From the human T2T-CHM13v2.0 reference genome, Homo sapiens, in the NCBI RefSeq assembly GCF_009914755.1, contig NC_060941.1: 64,000 bases of DNA. The stretch is one strand, 5' to 3'. Shown here piece after piece: positions 31,282 through 43,011 of this stretch. A program made the translations under genes and the position numbers. Position 1 is the stretch's first letter; each line of letters opens with the position of its first letter. The notes under the pieces were generated by a model. The model searched no databases and was not told where the DNA came from. It saw only the letters and a list, made by a program, of their open reading frames with translations.

Positions 31282-31761
31282 TCACCTTTGTTATGTCACA
31301 TAAATTCTTTCCATAGTCAGCCAGGTAGCAATTAGTTATCCCCATTTTACAGACGGAGAAACTGACGCTGGAGAAAGAAAAGACAAGGTCCTTACATAAA
31401 CATACGTTATGGTCTAGATACGGTGGAAACAGGATGATACATTCTCTTTTTAGTCTCCTAATAGATCAGGAAACTGAGACTCAGAGATGGTAAGTCATGT
31501 TCAGGGTCTCACCGCCAGGACGTGGTCAAATGGGGACTTGAAGCTTGTGTTTGGATTTTCAGTCTGGGCTTTTCACATCTAAATCCACTGATTTGAAAGT
31601 GTTGACTGCTTTCTGTAGCTGAAGTCCTGTGTGATTCATTGAGGGTTCTGTTTCCAACCTTTCTTTACCTACGGTATTACTAGGTCAAAGTAAGTAGAGA
31701 AATGGCTGTGGAGATGGGGGCTGTGCAGTAGGGCCCATGTGTAACAAGATGTGACACGTGG

Positions 31762-31960
31762 CAGGCACTTCAGACCAGCTCACGGCCGCTCACCATGGGA
31801 AGCTGTTAAATGTTTAGAGTTGTTGTGAGCCCGTTCTAAAACCATTGGGAGCTTAAAATCTCCTATAGTGGGAGTGTTTACATCACAGAAATTGGCAAAC
31901 AGTACAAACCAGAGCTCTCCCTGTCGCATACTGAGAACCAGCTTACAGGCACATCACAGA
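31762..31960. mobile_element. MER63A-like hAT fossil
   Basis: agcttaaaatc...gtgggagtgtttacatcacagaaattggcaaac...gcacatcacag. Confidence 0.55.
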
Positions 31961-32330
31961 TTTAGACCCATTATAACCTGTAACCACGGCACTCTGCAGG
32001 GCAGAGCTCAGGGCTGGCAAGAGGGACCAACGGGGCTGGTTCCATTCGTTTATCACAAAGGAAAGACTGTTGCCTGAACTTAGCCTGGTGGCCCTTGAGT
32101 CTGGCTAGAGACTGATTCCTAAGGCCAGCCATAGGCCGATGGCTGTGGCCCCTGTCTGTTCACCTAGACCCAAACTCAGCTTCAAGTCCAGTCCATTTCC
32201 TGACTCCAGACTCAGTTGCCATTGCATGACCCACATAAATCCTCTCCACAGTCTGCCAGGTAGCAATGAGTTATCCTTCTTATACAGATGGAGAATCTGA
32301 GGCTGGAGAAAGAAAAGACAAGGTCCTTAC

Positions 32331-32418
32331 GGCACATGTATACATATGTAACTAACCTGCACGTTGTGCACATGTACCCTAAAACTTAAAGTATAATTAA
32401 AACAAAAAACAAAAAAAA
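32331..32418 (+). mobile_element. Extremely 5'-truncated young L1PA 3' end (~88 bp)
   Basis: ggcacatgtatacatatgtaactaacctgcacgttgtgcacatgtaccctaaaacttaaagtataat plus A-rich tail. Confidence 0.92.
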
Positions 32419-32462
32419 CATACTTTCTAATCTACATCAAGCTGAAACAGTCTGCAGTTTAG

Positions 32463-32873
<411 letters not shown>

Positions 32874-33063
32874 TAGGATCCATCGAAGGCTTAACTGCTT
32901 GAGTTCATGACTGAAGCATACCTTTGCCTGTCCCCTGCAGGAGAGAGAAACTGATTAGGGGGCCTGGGTATGCCTCAGACATGCTGTGTGGCCTCCGGCA
33001 GCTCACTGCCCCTCTCTGAGCTACGGTCTATTTTGTAAATTGCAGAGGGAGACCTAGATTTCT

Positions 33064-33391
33064 TTCTTTTTTTTAATTTTTATATTTGATTTTTTATTTT
33101 TGAGACAGAGTCTCACTCTGTCACCCAGGCCAGGCTAGAATGCAATGGCCCAATCTCGGCTCACTGCAACCCCCACCTCTCCGGTTCAAACAATTCTCCT
33201 GCCTCAGCCTCCCGAGGAGCTAGGATTACAGGCACCTGCCACCACACCCGGCTAATGTTTTTTGTATTTTTAGTAGAGACGGGGTTTCACCACATTGGCC
33301 AGGCTGGTCTTGAATTACTGACCTCAGGTGATCTGCCTGTCTCGGCCTCCCAGAGTGCTGGGATTACAGGCGTGAGCCACGCACCCATCCA
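33064..33391 (-). mobile_element. Alu (AluS-like)
   Basis: TSD ggagacctagatttct on both sides (~33048 and ~33392). Confidence 0.95.
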
Positions 33392-34072
33392 GGAGACCTA
33401 GATTTCTAGCAATGGTGTGAGCTAGATAATCAGAAAATTCCCTAACTATAAAGCACCTAGAAATGCTGCATAAAATTTAGCAAACATTATTGTAAATGCA
33501 TAGCTGAACTAGCAGAAAAGTAAGGCAATCCCTTGGATCCAAAAATGAAGAAAGAACAAAGACCCACAGTGGAGAGAGTTAGAGATAGGCTGTGTGGCCG
33601 TGGGGCTCAGCGGAGGGAAGTCGCCAGGCTGCATGGCCACTCTGTTTGGGTCTTAATGTCCAAGCAGGATAGGGAAGGAGGCCTTGGGCTTCTCAGGGTA
33701 AGGAATTGGACCCTGAAGGGGCCCAGCTCAAAGGAGGAATGGGAAACTCAGGTTTGTCCTCACTGCAAGATGATGAGCACAAATCCGCTTCCTCTAATCA
33801 CAGAAGGCTCCTTTGTAAAATAATAGGGCTGTGCACTGTTGCACATGCTGGGGGCCATTCTTTTCATGGCTGGGAGAGGCAGATTGGGAAGGAGTCAGAG
33901 CCTGGGAGACCACCCCCACCACTGGCAAGGGTAGGACAGTGGTGATGGAGGCAGAGGCACAGCCCAGGGTCCAGGCTCACCGCCTCTGGTCATGCCCTAG
34001 TAACAGGGCTCCAGGAGAGCTGACGGATTAGTTCAAGAATGGGGCAGAGCCCAGGTAAAGAGGTATTGGAAC

Positions 34073-34381
<309 letters not shown>

Positions 34382-36734
34382 TCAAAAGCTAAGGCTTCAC
34401 AGGGGTTCTGGGGAGGGCTGTCGAGTGAGTTTTCCAAGCAGCACAGAAGCCGAGCCCTGAGAACCGTGGGTGAACCTAAAGGCCACCCTGGCTGGCAACT
34501 GTCTGTGGGGTCACAGTGCCCAGAAGAGCTGCTCCGTGTTTGACCCCAGCTGACCGGGGCTTCTTAGATGCCTCTTGCATTCAGACAGGATGTGTCTGGG
34601 AGCTCAGGGGTCCAGATGGGGCAATGGGGACAGGGGCGGAGAAACTGACCACACATCGTTTAGCTGACAGGTTCACTAGTGACACCATGAACTTGGCAGT
34701 GTCTCACCGACACCTACTCTGCCAGGCCCTGACCTCATAGAGGGGTTTGCCATGGCACGTGGGCACAGTCCTATCCTGTCACCTGGACATGCAAACGGGC
34801 TTCCTGAGGACCAAACTGCTCCACGCTGGCTTCTTGGAGCTTTTATTTCTTTGGTTTCAAACAACATTCCTGCCCCCAAGTAAGACCAATTCTATATATG
34901 GACTCCCGGCGGCCCTCCCAGCCCCATCTGCCTGCTCAGTAATTGATTCTGAAAGGCAGTTGTTTTGCTTTAGGTTGCCCATGGATTAAGAGACAGATGG
35001 TCCAATCATTCAAGCCAGCCCTAGATCCGGAGTTGGCTGGACTTGCTGTCATGGTTAGTGTTGAAGATGGTGTCCTAGCTGCCTCTTTGGGCAGGCTGTG
35101 GAGCCCCCCGTGAGGTACCTTTGCCTTCCTGCCCCCTTCCTGAGGGAATGAGCTGACAGGATCTCTCTCAAGAGGTGACCAGGTGACCACCATTGTGAGC
35201 TGCAGCTTCTGCCAGCAAGGAGCATTCACAAGGAGTAAGACCCATGAATTTGCTCCCCAGGTTGGAATCGGAGTGGGTTCTGAGCAAGTCATCAACGTCT
35301 TCGCCTTGGAGGCGTCATTCTGCCAAGTGACCCTCAGGCTCCCACCTGGGGAATGAGGGAGACTAGACTGTACCAGGTGACAACCTGTGTCCTGAGAGTC
35401 GCATCAGTGAAGTGCGGAGGCAGCCAACACTTCCTTCTTTAGCGGCTCATGGACCACTCACCTGTTGCAGTATATGCAGTGCCTTCCTGCTTTATCTCAT
35501 TCAGTTCATTCGTTCGCTCACCACGTAGTGGGCACCTGCTGTGTGTCAGGATCAGGGCTTGGTGTGGGGAACACAGGGGTCACCCAGGATGTAGCTTCCC
35601 CCCAGGAGCTGTGTTCTGGAGGCCTCATGGCCCCCTTTTGTCCCTCCCTGTGGCCCAGGGCTTGCTGAAATCTTGATCCCTCCCCCATCTCTGGATTGTG
35701 CCTACCCTGATGACTCTCCCCATTGTCTGTTCTATCCCCGTGGAGCTGGTTGAGGACCAGTGCCCAGTCCATTGAAATGTTTGTTCTTTGGGGCATCAAT
35801 CATGCCAAAGAACAGGAAAGAGTTTTGTGAGCCCAGCACCTGCCACCACCCTCGACCTTGACACCAAAAGCCAGGGCAGACACACGGTGGTGGGGAGACA
35901 TGGCCCCATCAGGGGATGTGCGTGGGTATACATTGTTCCTCATGACAACCCTAGGAACTACGCTGTATGTAGGTGAGGAAATTGAGAGTCTGAGCCCGAG
36001 ACATGGCAGAGTTGCAGAGCTGGTCACTGGCAGTGCAAGGACTTGAACCTAAGCACTTATAACCCTAAGCCCTGGTGTTTTCCCCACACTAGGCTGTTGT
36101 CTGTGCCCTAATAGGTCGTGCCCTGACACGTGCACCACAGGTGCTGTGGTCAGTTGAGATGGGCTTCCAGATCCAGGGTTTGGTCCTACTTGGCAGATTC
36201 TGGCTGGTAAAAGGGTTTCTGTTTGCACCACGTGGTGTGGCAGCTAGAGAGCCAGGGGAGATACTGAGCCCTGGGAGACCCCGTGTAGAGAAGAGCATGG
36301 GGTAATAATCAGGATGCCATCTAGAGAAACCCTGATGAGTCTGGAAGAAATACGAGCAGTTGGTGCAAGAACATTCCAGAAAGTTTGTTCAGCTCCAAGG
36401 AAGCCAGCTAGGGCACTGGACTTTTCCACCTGGAGGCTCTACAGAGCAGCAGGAGGCTTGGCAGGAGGCTTCTTTGTAACATGGGCTTGAGGAGTTCCTA
36501 GAAATTGAGTGGGAGTTCAAGATCAGAGAGAGGCAAACCTTGCAAAGAGGCAAAGCAGTGGTATGACTCCAACGGCACAGCAAGAACAAACATGGCTGGG
36601 TTTCAGATTTCCATGTCTGCTTTTCTTTTAATGCATCTTCCGGTAGGACATTGAATTTTTCACAATATCAGCCTCTCAGGTCACCTACCATGGGAGGAAT
36701 CTGGCACCTAGTAAAAGCACCATCCAAATTTGTT

Positions 36735-37050
36735 GAAGGAAGGAAGAAAGAAGGAAGGAAGGAAGGAAAAGGAAGGAGAAGGAAGGGAGGAAGGAAGGAA
36801 GGAAGGAGAAGGAAGGAAGGAAGGTAGGCAGGCCGGCAGGAAGGCTGGCATTATGGAGAACTGGCAGAAGCAAGAGAGGGAAGGAAGGAAGGAAGGAAGG
36901 GAGAGGGAAGGAAGGAAGAAAGGGAGGGAGGGAAGGAGGGAGGGAGGGAATGGAGAACTGGCAGAAGCAAGAGAAGGAAGGAAGGAAGGGAGGAAGGGAG
37001 GGAGGAAGGGAGGAAGGAATGACTTATGGAGAACTGGCAGAAGCAAGAGC
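36735..37050. repeat. (GGAA/GGGA)n purine tract with three embedded copies of atggagaactggcagaagcaagag
   Basis: Direct reading; copies at ~36853, ~36950 and ~37026. Confidence 0.95.
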
Positions 37051-37181
37051 TGAGCGCTGCAGTTTCAGCCAAGTGGTCCCTTGTAGATGACCCTGGACGG
37101 TCAAGGTGCTGATGCCTGGTTTCTCTCAGAAGCTCAGCATGACTATGTCCCATGCAGGGCCGTTTTCCCTCCCTGATTTGA

Positions 37182-37475
<294 letters not shown>

Positions 37476-38269
37476 TGAGAGAGGGGGGCACATGTGCTGG
37501 GCTGCGGGTGTCCCCTCTGGCAGTCCAGATGGGAGCAGAGGAAGGGGGCATGGATGGGAGGCAGGCACCAGGTACCACAGAGGGAGCCGGCAGGGAGCCC
37601 TTCGCCTCTGTCCACCATGTGAGGCTGGGTGGGGAATTGTCAGCAAGGCTTGTAAAGCCGAAAGGAGAGTGCCTTTCTGGATGCGAACTCTTGCCACAAG
37701 TGTCAGATGTTAAATTGACTTGGTTTGGAAGCCAGAAGATGCTGGCTCGGGACTTGGGGATAGCTGATGGATTTTCTGTTATTGGTGCTGACGGTGTTGG
37801 GCCGTGAATCTGATGACAGGGGCTGGAGCCACACTTGCATCTTTGGTTTAGCCTGGGCTGAGGAGTAGAGCGTGACCCCATGGAGGGGCAGGGCTAGGCA
37901 CCAAAGGCCACTGACCCCGCATTGCATGGTAGCTCTGGGGTGGGGAAAGTTGGTCAAGGCCAGAGGTGGCTTGCAAAAAGCAGGGCCTGGAGTGTGTGAA
38001 GCAAGGCTGGGGGAGACCCAGCAGACTGTGTCCAAAGAACATTGAGATCTCGGGCTGGAGTCAGGCAGACTCCAGATTGGGGTGGATGCTGTGGCTCTAG
38101 AAATGGCCCTTGGTGGCAGTAGGCTTGGGGCTGGGGCTGTTTCACATGCGCTGGGATTGCTGTACCCTCAATGTGGCTTTGATACTTGGCAATGTAATAG
38201 AACAGGGCTAAGGTGAGAGGATGGCCTTGGCCAGGATGATGATGACGATTATGACAATCAACAGAAGCT

Positions 38270-38475
38270 GCCATTCGTTGATCGCTCATTCCATGCCAGG
38301 TACTGTTCCAAGCGCTTTATGGGTTAACTCATTTAATCCTCCTAACAACCCTACAGCTAGGTGCTGTGATTATCTGCATTTTCCAGGTGAGGAAACTGAG
38401 GCAGAGGGTTTGAGCCGTGTGCCTGAGGTCACACAGCCAGTAAGTGGTGGGGTCAGGGTTTGAACTCAGGTAGCT
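38270..38475. mobile_element. MIR relic
   Basis: atttaatcctcctaacaaccct...gaggaaactgaggcagag...gtcacacagccagtaagtgg core. Confidence 0.75.
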
Positions 38476-40146
38476 CCATAGTCTGCTGTGGGTTGAAGGG
38501 TGCAGGGGTGGACTTCAATGACAGCAGATGTGATCGGATCTGCAGGAGCAGCACAGCCATCCTCTGCTGCACCCCCCCACTCCCGCTCTCCCTGCTTCAT
38601 GTGTTCCTCCGCACTCTGGGGACACCTCCCTTGGAGGGGGCTGGAGAACAAGGGGGCTGGACACCTCCCTTGGAGGGGGCTGGAGGGGGCTTTCATATGT
38701 GCTTTCTTCTTGTCCAAGTGCATCCTTTGAAGTGGCTCTCCTGCGTCACCAGCATTTCCGAAGCCACAGCCAAGGATGTCTTGGGCATCAGGGCACCCAC
38801 GACACAATTAAATGAGCCAAAAAGGCAGTTTGTTGATTTGCGGACATCTGGCCTGGGGACCTCCTCATCCCTTCTCCTCCTCATGGGAGCAGAGCGATGG
38901 GTAGAGGCAGCAAGGATGCGCGCTCAGCTGCCGGCCCTGCTGGTGCTCTCAGGAGAATGAGCCACCCTCCTAGGGCTTCCCTCACACCTGCAGCTCAGAG
39001 CAGTTCCCTTGAGAGGCCCTCTGGTTGGAATCAAAGGAACTCTGTGGTCCAGACCAGGCTGGAGGCAGGCCTGCCTTGAGCAACCAGCTTGGATAGTCCT
39101 GCTGTGTGCTGGGCATGGCACTAGGAGCCTTCCTGCGGGGGGTTATCTGCTTTAATCCTCCCAGTAGCTCCCAATGGGGGATACTCAGATGCCTGCTTGC
39201 TGCGAGAGGCTGGGCAGGTGTGCAGAGCTGAGAGCCCTCAAACACAGGCACAGAGTGGCCGGCTTTGCAGCTCCTGCTCCTGATGCCACACACAGCCACA
39301 CACTGGCACAGAGCGGCCGGCTTTGCAGCCCTTGCTCCTGACGCCACACACAGCCCGTGGTTTTACACACTGCTGCCATTCGGCGTTATGGAAGGGGGAA
39401 GAGACAGAGAAGATGAGGAGGAAGAGAAGGGAAAGAAAGGGGTGGCCATTGTGGCCATGAGCCATTAGTATTTCGGACTAGTTTTAAATAGGAACATGCT
39501 TACTTGGAGCATAATGAAGACGCCAAAGGGCATAGCAGGGAAGCCTTCCTCTCACTCCATGCATTTCCTTGCCTGGATTGTCCTGGCTTCTCATGTCTAC
39601 TTCCAGAGAGACTGAATATTCAAGCAACTGCATCCTTGCCCATTCTCTAACAAGCCCCGCAGCCGGGCAGGAGCTGCACCCGCCCTTCTGCACTGAACTC
39701 TTCACCGGACAGCCTGTCTCGGAGATTGTCTCACGTCGCGACACAAAGTGCTTTCTCATTCTTTTTTACCATTGCACGGAGGTCCTATAATTTATTTAAC
39801 CAGTTTAGCATTTCGCCTATTTCCAGCCTTCACAAACGATGCGGCAGTGACTACCTGTGTATGTACGTAGATCACTTTGTGTGAGTGAATCTGTAAGAAA
39901 AATATTCCTTGGAGATGCTGGGTCAAAGACTGAGTGTCTTTATCATTTTGGTAAACTTTGTCAGGTTGTCCTTGGCGAGGATTGTATTCATTTTATACCC
40001 CGATCAGTGATGTGTGAGGGGGAGGCAAGGCACCCTCGTAACCCTTATTTTGTGTGTGTTGGGGGGCTCAAAGCAGCATTTTAGGCAGATGCCTCAGTTT
40101 TCTGGGGGTCCTCCCTTTGTGTACCTCATTAGGGCCCAGAGAGTTC

Positions 40147-40471
40147 TTTCTTTTTTTTTTTTTTTTGAGACAGTGTTCCGCTCTGATGCCCAGGTTGGAG
40201 TGCAGTGGTGTGATCATAGCTCACTGTAGCCTCTGGCTCCTGGGCTCAAGTGATCCTCCCACCTTGGCCTCCTGAGTAGCTGTGACTACAGGCACACACT
40301 ACCATGCCCAGCTAATTTTTTTGTGTATTTTTTGCAGAGACAGGGGGGCGGGGTGGGGGGGGTCTCACCAAGTTGCCCAGACTGGTCTTGAACTCCTGGG
40401 CTCAAGCAATCTGCCCTCCTTGGCCTCCCAAAGTGCTGGGATTACAAGCATGAGCCACTGTGCCCGGCTGG
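40147..40471 (-). mobile_element. AluJ-like with G-run insertion
   Basis: gatcatagctcactgtagcc and ctgggctcaagtgatcctccc (J diagnostics); TSD ccagagagtt. Confidence 0.9.
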
Positions 40472-41309
40472 TCCAGAGAGTTTGTATTTGTGATTACAGA
40501 CAAGAATTTAAAGGCTTATAACTCTTCAACTTGTATTTTCAGCCTTCCTTCATATTTACTGGCATAAATCCAGATTGCTGCAGTTTCACACTGGAGCATG
40601 TGCCAGAAGATACACGCAGGCTCTTGGTGTCTTGTGCTATCACACATTAGCACCTTGTCCATCTCCCCTCACAACGCATTTCAAGGACAAGTTCCCTTCT
40701 CTGCTATGGCCGGAGCAGTCGTGAATTGTTTGGGTCAGAACTACATGGAAAGGGCATCCAGGTTTCTCAGAAACAGCCTCTGTCCTCAGCACTCAGAACA
40801 CTGGAGCCAGTGCTGACACCTGATCCTTATCCGGGCTGCCTCTGCGTGGTCAGATGGGACTGGGAGGGTGGTGTTTCCTGAGTTCCATTGTTTAGGGCTG
40901 CAACATTTGCAGCTGTGAGGAACAGAGTCATCATTTCCAGCTTTAAAGTTTAAAGTGGGTATTGGCAGCGCATATTTAGTGGGACTTGGCAAAACGCAAA
41001 TGCTGAGACGGTGGGCACAGCCAGGGGCAGGTGACTCTCACTGGTGGCAGAGTAAGGGCAGTGCCTGAAGAAGGTGAAGAAGGCTTGGAAGGAGGCTGAG
41101 AAAGGAAGATGGTTGCAACTTTTGGGAAGGGTTGGAACTGGAGGATGTGGGGCAGTGTTGGCAGGTGGCTGAGGGGATTAAGGAGTGTGTTCCAAGAAGA
41201 GGCAACTGCTGAGCAGGAACCAGGTGGCAGGAAAGCAGCCCAGGTGGCCCAGCGTGCAGGGTTACTTGGGCTGTGAAAGGTCAGGGGGTACAAATTGCAG
41301 AGGGCTTTG

Positions 41310-42183
41310 TGATACAAGAGTTATTAAGAAGTTATTTTAGGCAGAAAGTAAGGTTCTGGGTGGAAATTTTCCTGTAATAAGAAACAACCCCCAAACCATC
41401 TCTTTTCTAACAGAAAAGGCGGCTTAAAGGGCCAGGCACGGTGGCTCATGCCTGTAATCCCTGCACTTTGGGAGGCTGAGGTGGGCGGATCATGAGTTCA
41501 AGAGATTGTGACCATCCTGGCCAACATGGTGAAACACTGTCTCTACTAAAAATACAAAAATTAGCCAGGTGTGGTGGCGCCTGCCTGTAGGCCTAGCTAC
41601 TCAGGAGACTGAGGGAGGAGAACCGCTTGAACCCAGGAGGCAGAGGTTGCAGTGAGCCGAGATCACACCACCGCGCTCCAGCCTGGGCGACAGAGCAAGA
41701 CTCTGTCTCAAAAACAAAAAAAAAAAGAGAGCAACTGGGTTCACTCAATATGGTGATTCCCACTGTCTTTTCCTTGTTACCAGGTGTACCGAGTGTCATG
41801 GCCACCTCCAGATAACACCATGTGTTCAGAACATCATGATGACCTGCATTTGCATATTAAAGGACTAAGGTGGGAGGGCCAGGTTTTTCAAGGGCTACGT
41901 AAATGACACACCTGGTCAAACCAATCCCCTGGGCCTTATGGAACGCAGACACCGCCTCCTCCAGCATCCCAATATAAGCAGCCACTTTTCCGCTGCACAC
42001 GGGGTTTTCTCTTTGTTCAAATCCCCCCTCCCTCTGTATCTGTACGGGGAGCTGTTTTCTTCTTCCTTCCTTCTTTCTTGCCTGTTAAACTTTTCACTCC
42101 TTAAAATCACCCCACATGTGTCCATGTCTAAACCGGCACGAGACCAAGAACCCTGGTGTCCCTCCAGTCATCAGAGCCATATA
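41310..42183 (+). mobile_element. ERV1 solo LTR (MER50-like) interrupted by an Alu
   Basis: tgatac...ttattttaggcaga...ttttctaacagaaaaggc start; cacacctggtc..accaatc and cagacaccgcctcctc motifs. Confidence 0.75.
41430..41726 (+). mobile_element. Alu (AluSc-like) inside the LTR
   Basis: ggccaggcacggtggctcatgcc...gtctcaaaaacaaaaaaaaaa. Confidence 0.95.
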
Positions 42184-42801
42184 GCTTGAATGCCTGCCTC
42201 AAGGTTGAGACTTTTTTCAGTGGGTGGGAGGGGCTGGTATGGCTTGTGTGGCACTTTATAGCTGCAGGTAGGATGTTCTGGAGCACGGAGAGGATGAGAG
42301 CTAATAAAGAAGGGAGTAGGTCTAAGAGACACCACAGGGTTGGAATCCACAAGAGAGGATGTGGGGGCATGAAAGAAGGAGTGGGAACCCCCAGGGAGGA
42401 GGATGAGGCATGGATGGGTTTGTGGGTGAGCGGGGCAGCTGACCTGTCCAATGTGGGAGGGAAGTTCTCCTTGGATCCTTCTGGGATACAGCATTTCTCA
42501 GGGGTACCCTCAGAGATGCCTTGGCAAAGCTGCCACAGAAGTCGACCTGTGACCTGGTTCTGGAGTTAGGGATTTCAGGTAGGGCAAGAACAGTGCCCTG
42601 GATGTCATGCCTTTAAGTCAAACCGCCATCTGCCCAACGGAGCGAGCCTTTGGCTCCCAGATTGTCCATCCATTCTCGCTTGTCTCGCCCGTGGATGTGG
42701 GTGTAACTTGAACTCAAACCGTCTGTACTGTTAGCCCCTCAGCTCTGAGCTCTGCAGATGCCCGGCAGGGGTTTTGCTGGAATTCTGACTTCACTCTAGA
42801 G

Positions 42802-43011
42802 CAGGGGTTCACAGCCTTGGATCTGTTGGCATTTGGGGTTGGATATTACTCATGTTGGGATCTGTCTGTGCATTGTAGGATATCTAGCAGCATCCCTAGC
42901 CTCTACCCACTAGATGCCAACAGCCCATATTCCCTCAGTTGTGACACACAGTCCCCACACATTGCCGTATGTCCTCTGGAGGGTAAAATCACCCCTGGTT
43001 GAGAACCACAG
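42802..43011. mobile_element. MER20 hAT-Charlie fossil
   Basis: cagcatccctagcctctacccactagatgcca...aaaatcacccctggttgagaaccac; near-perfect 8-bp TSD ctctagag / ccctggag. Confidence 0.85.

Noticed and set aside
36685-37053. Charged EGRK-repeat and hydrophobic PSFL-repeat ORFs; CRISPR-like look of a 24-nt unit repeated three times
   Set aside because: Translations of the (GGAA)n tract. The spacers are microsatellite, the DNA is primate and there are no cas genes.
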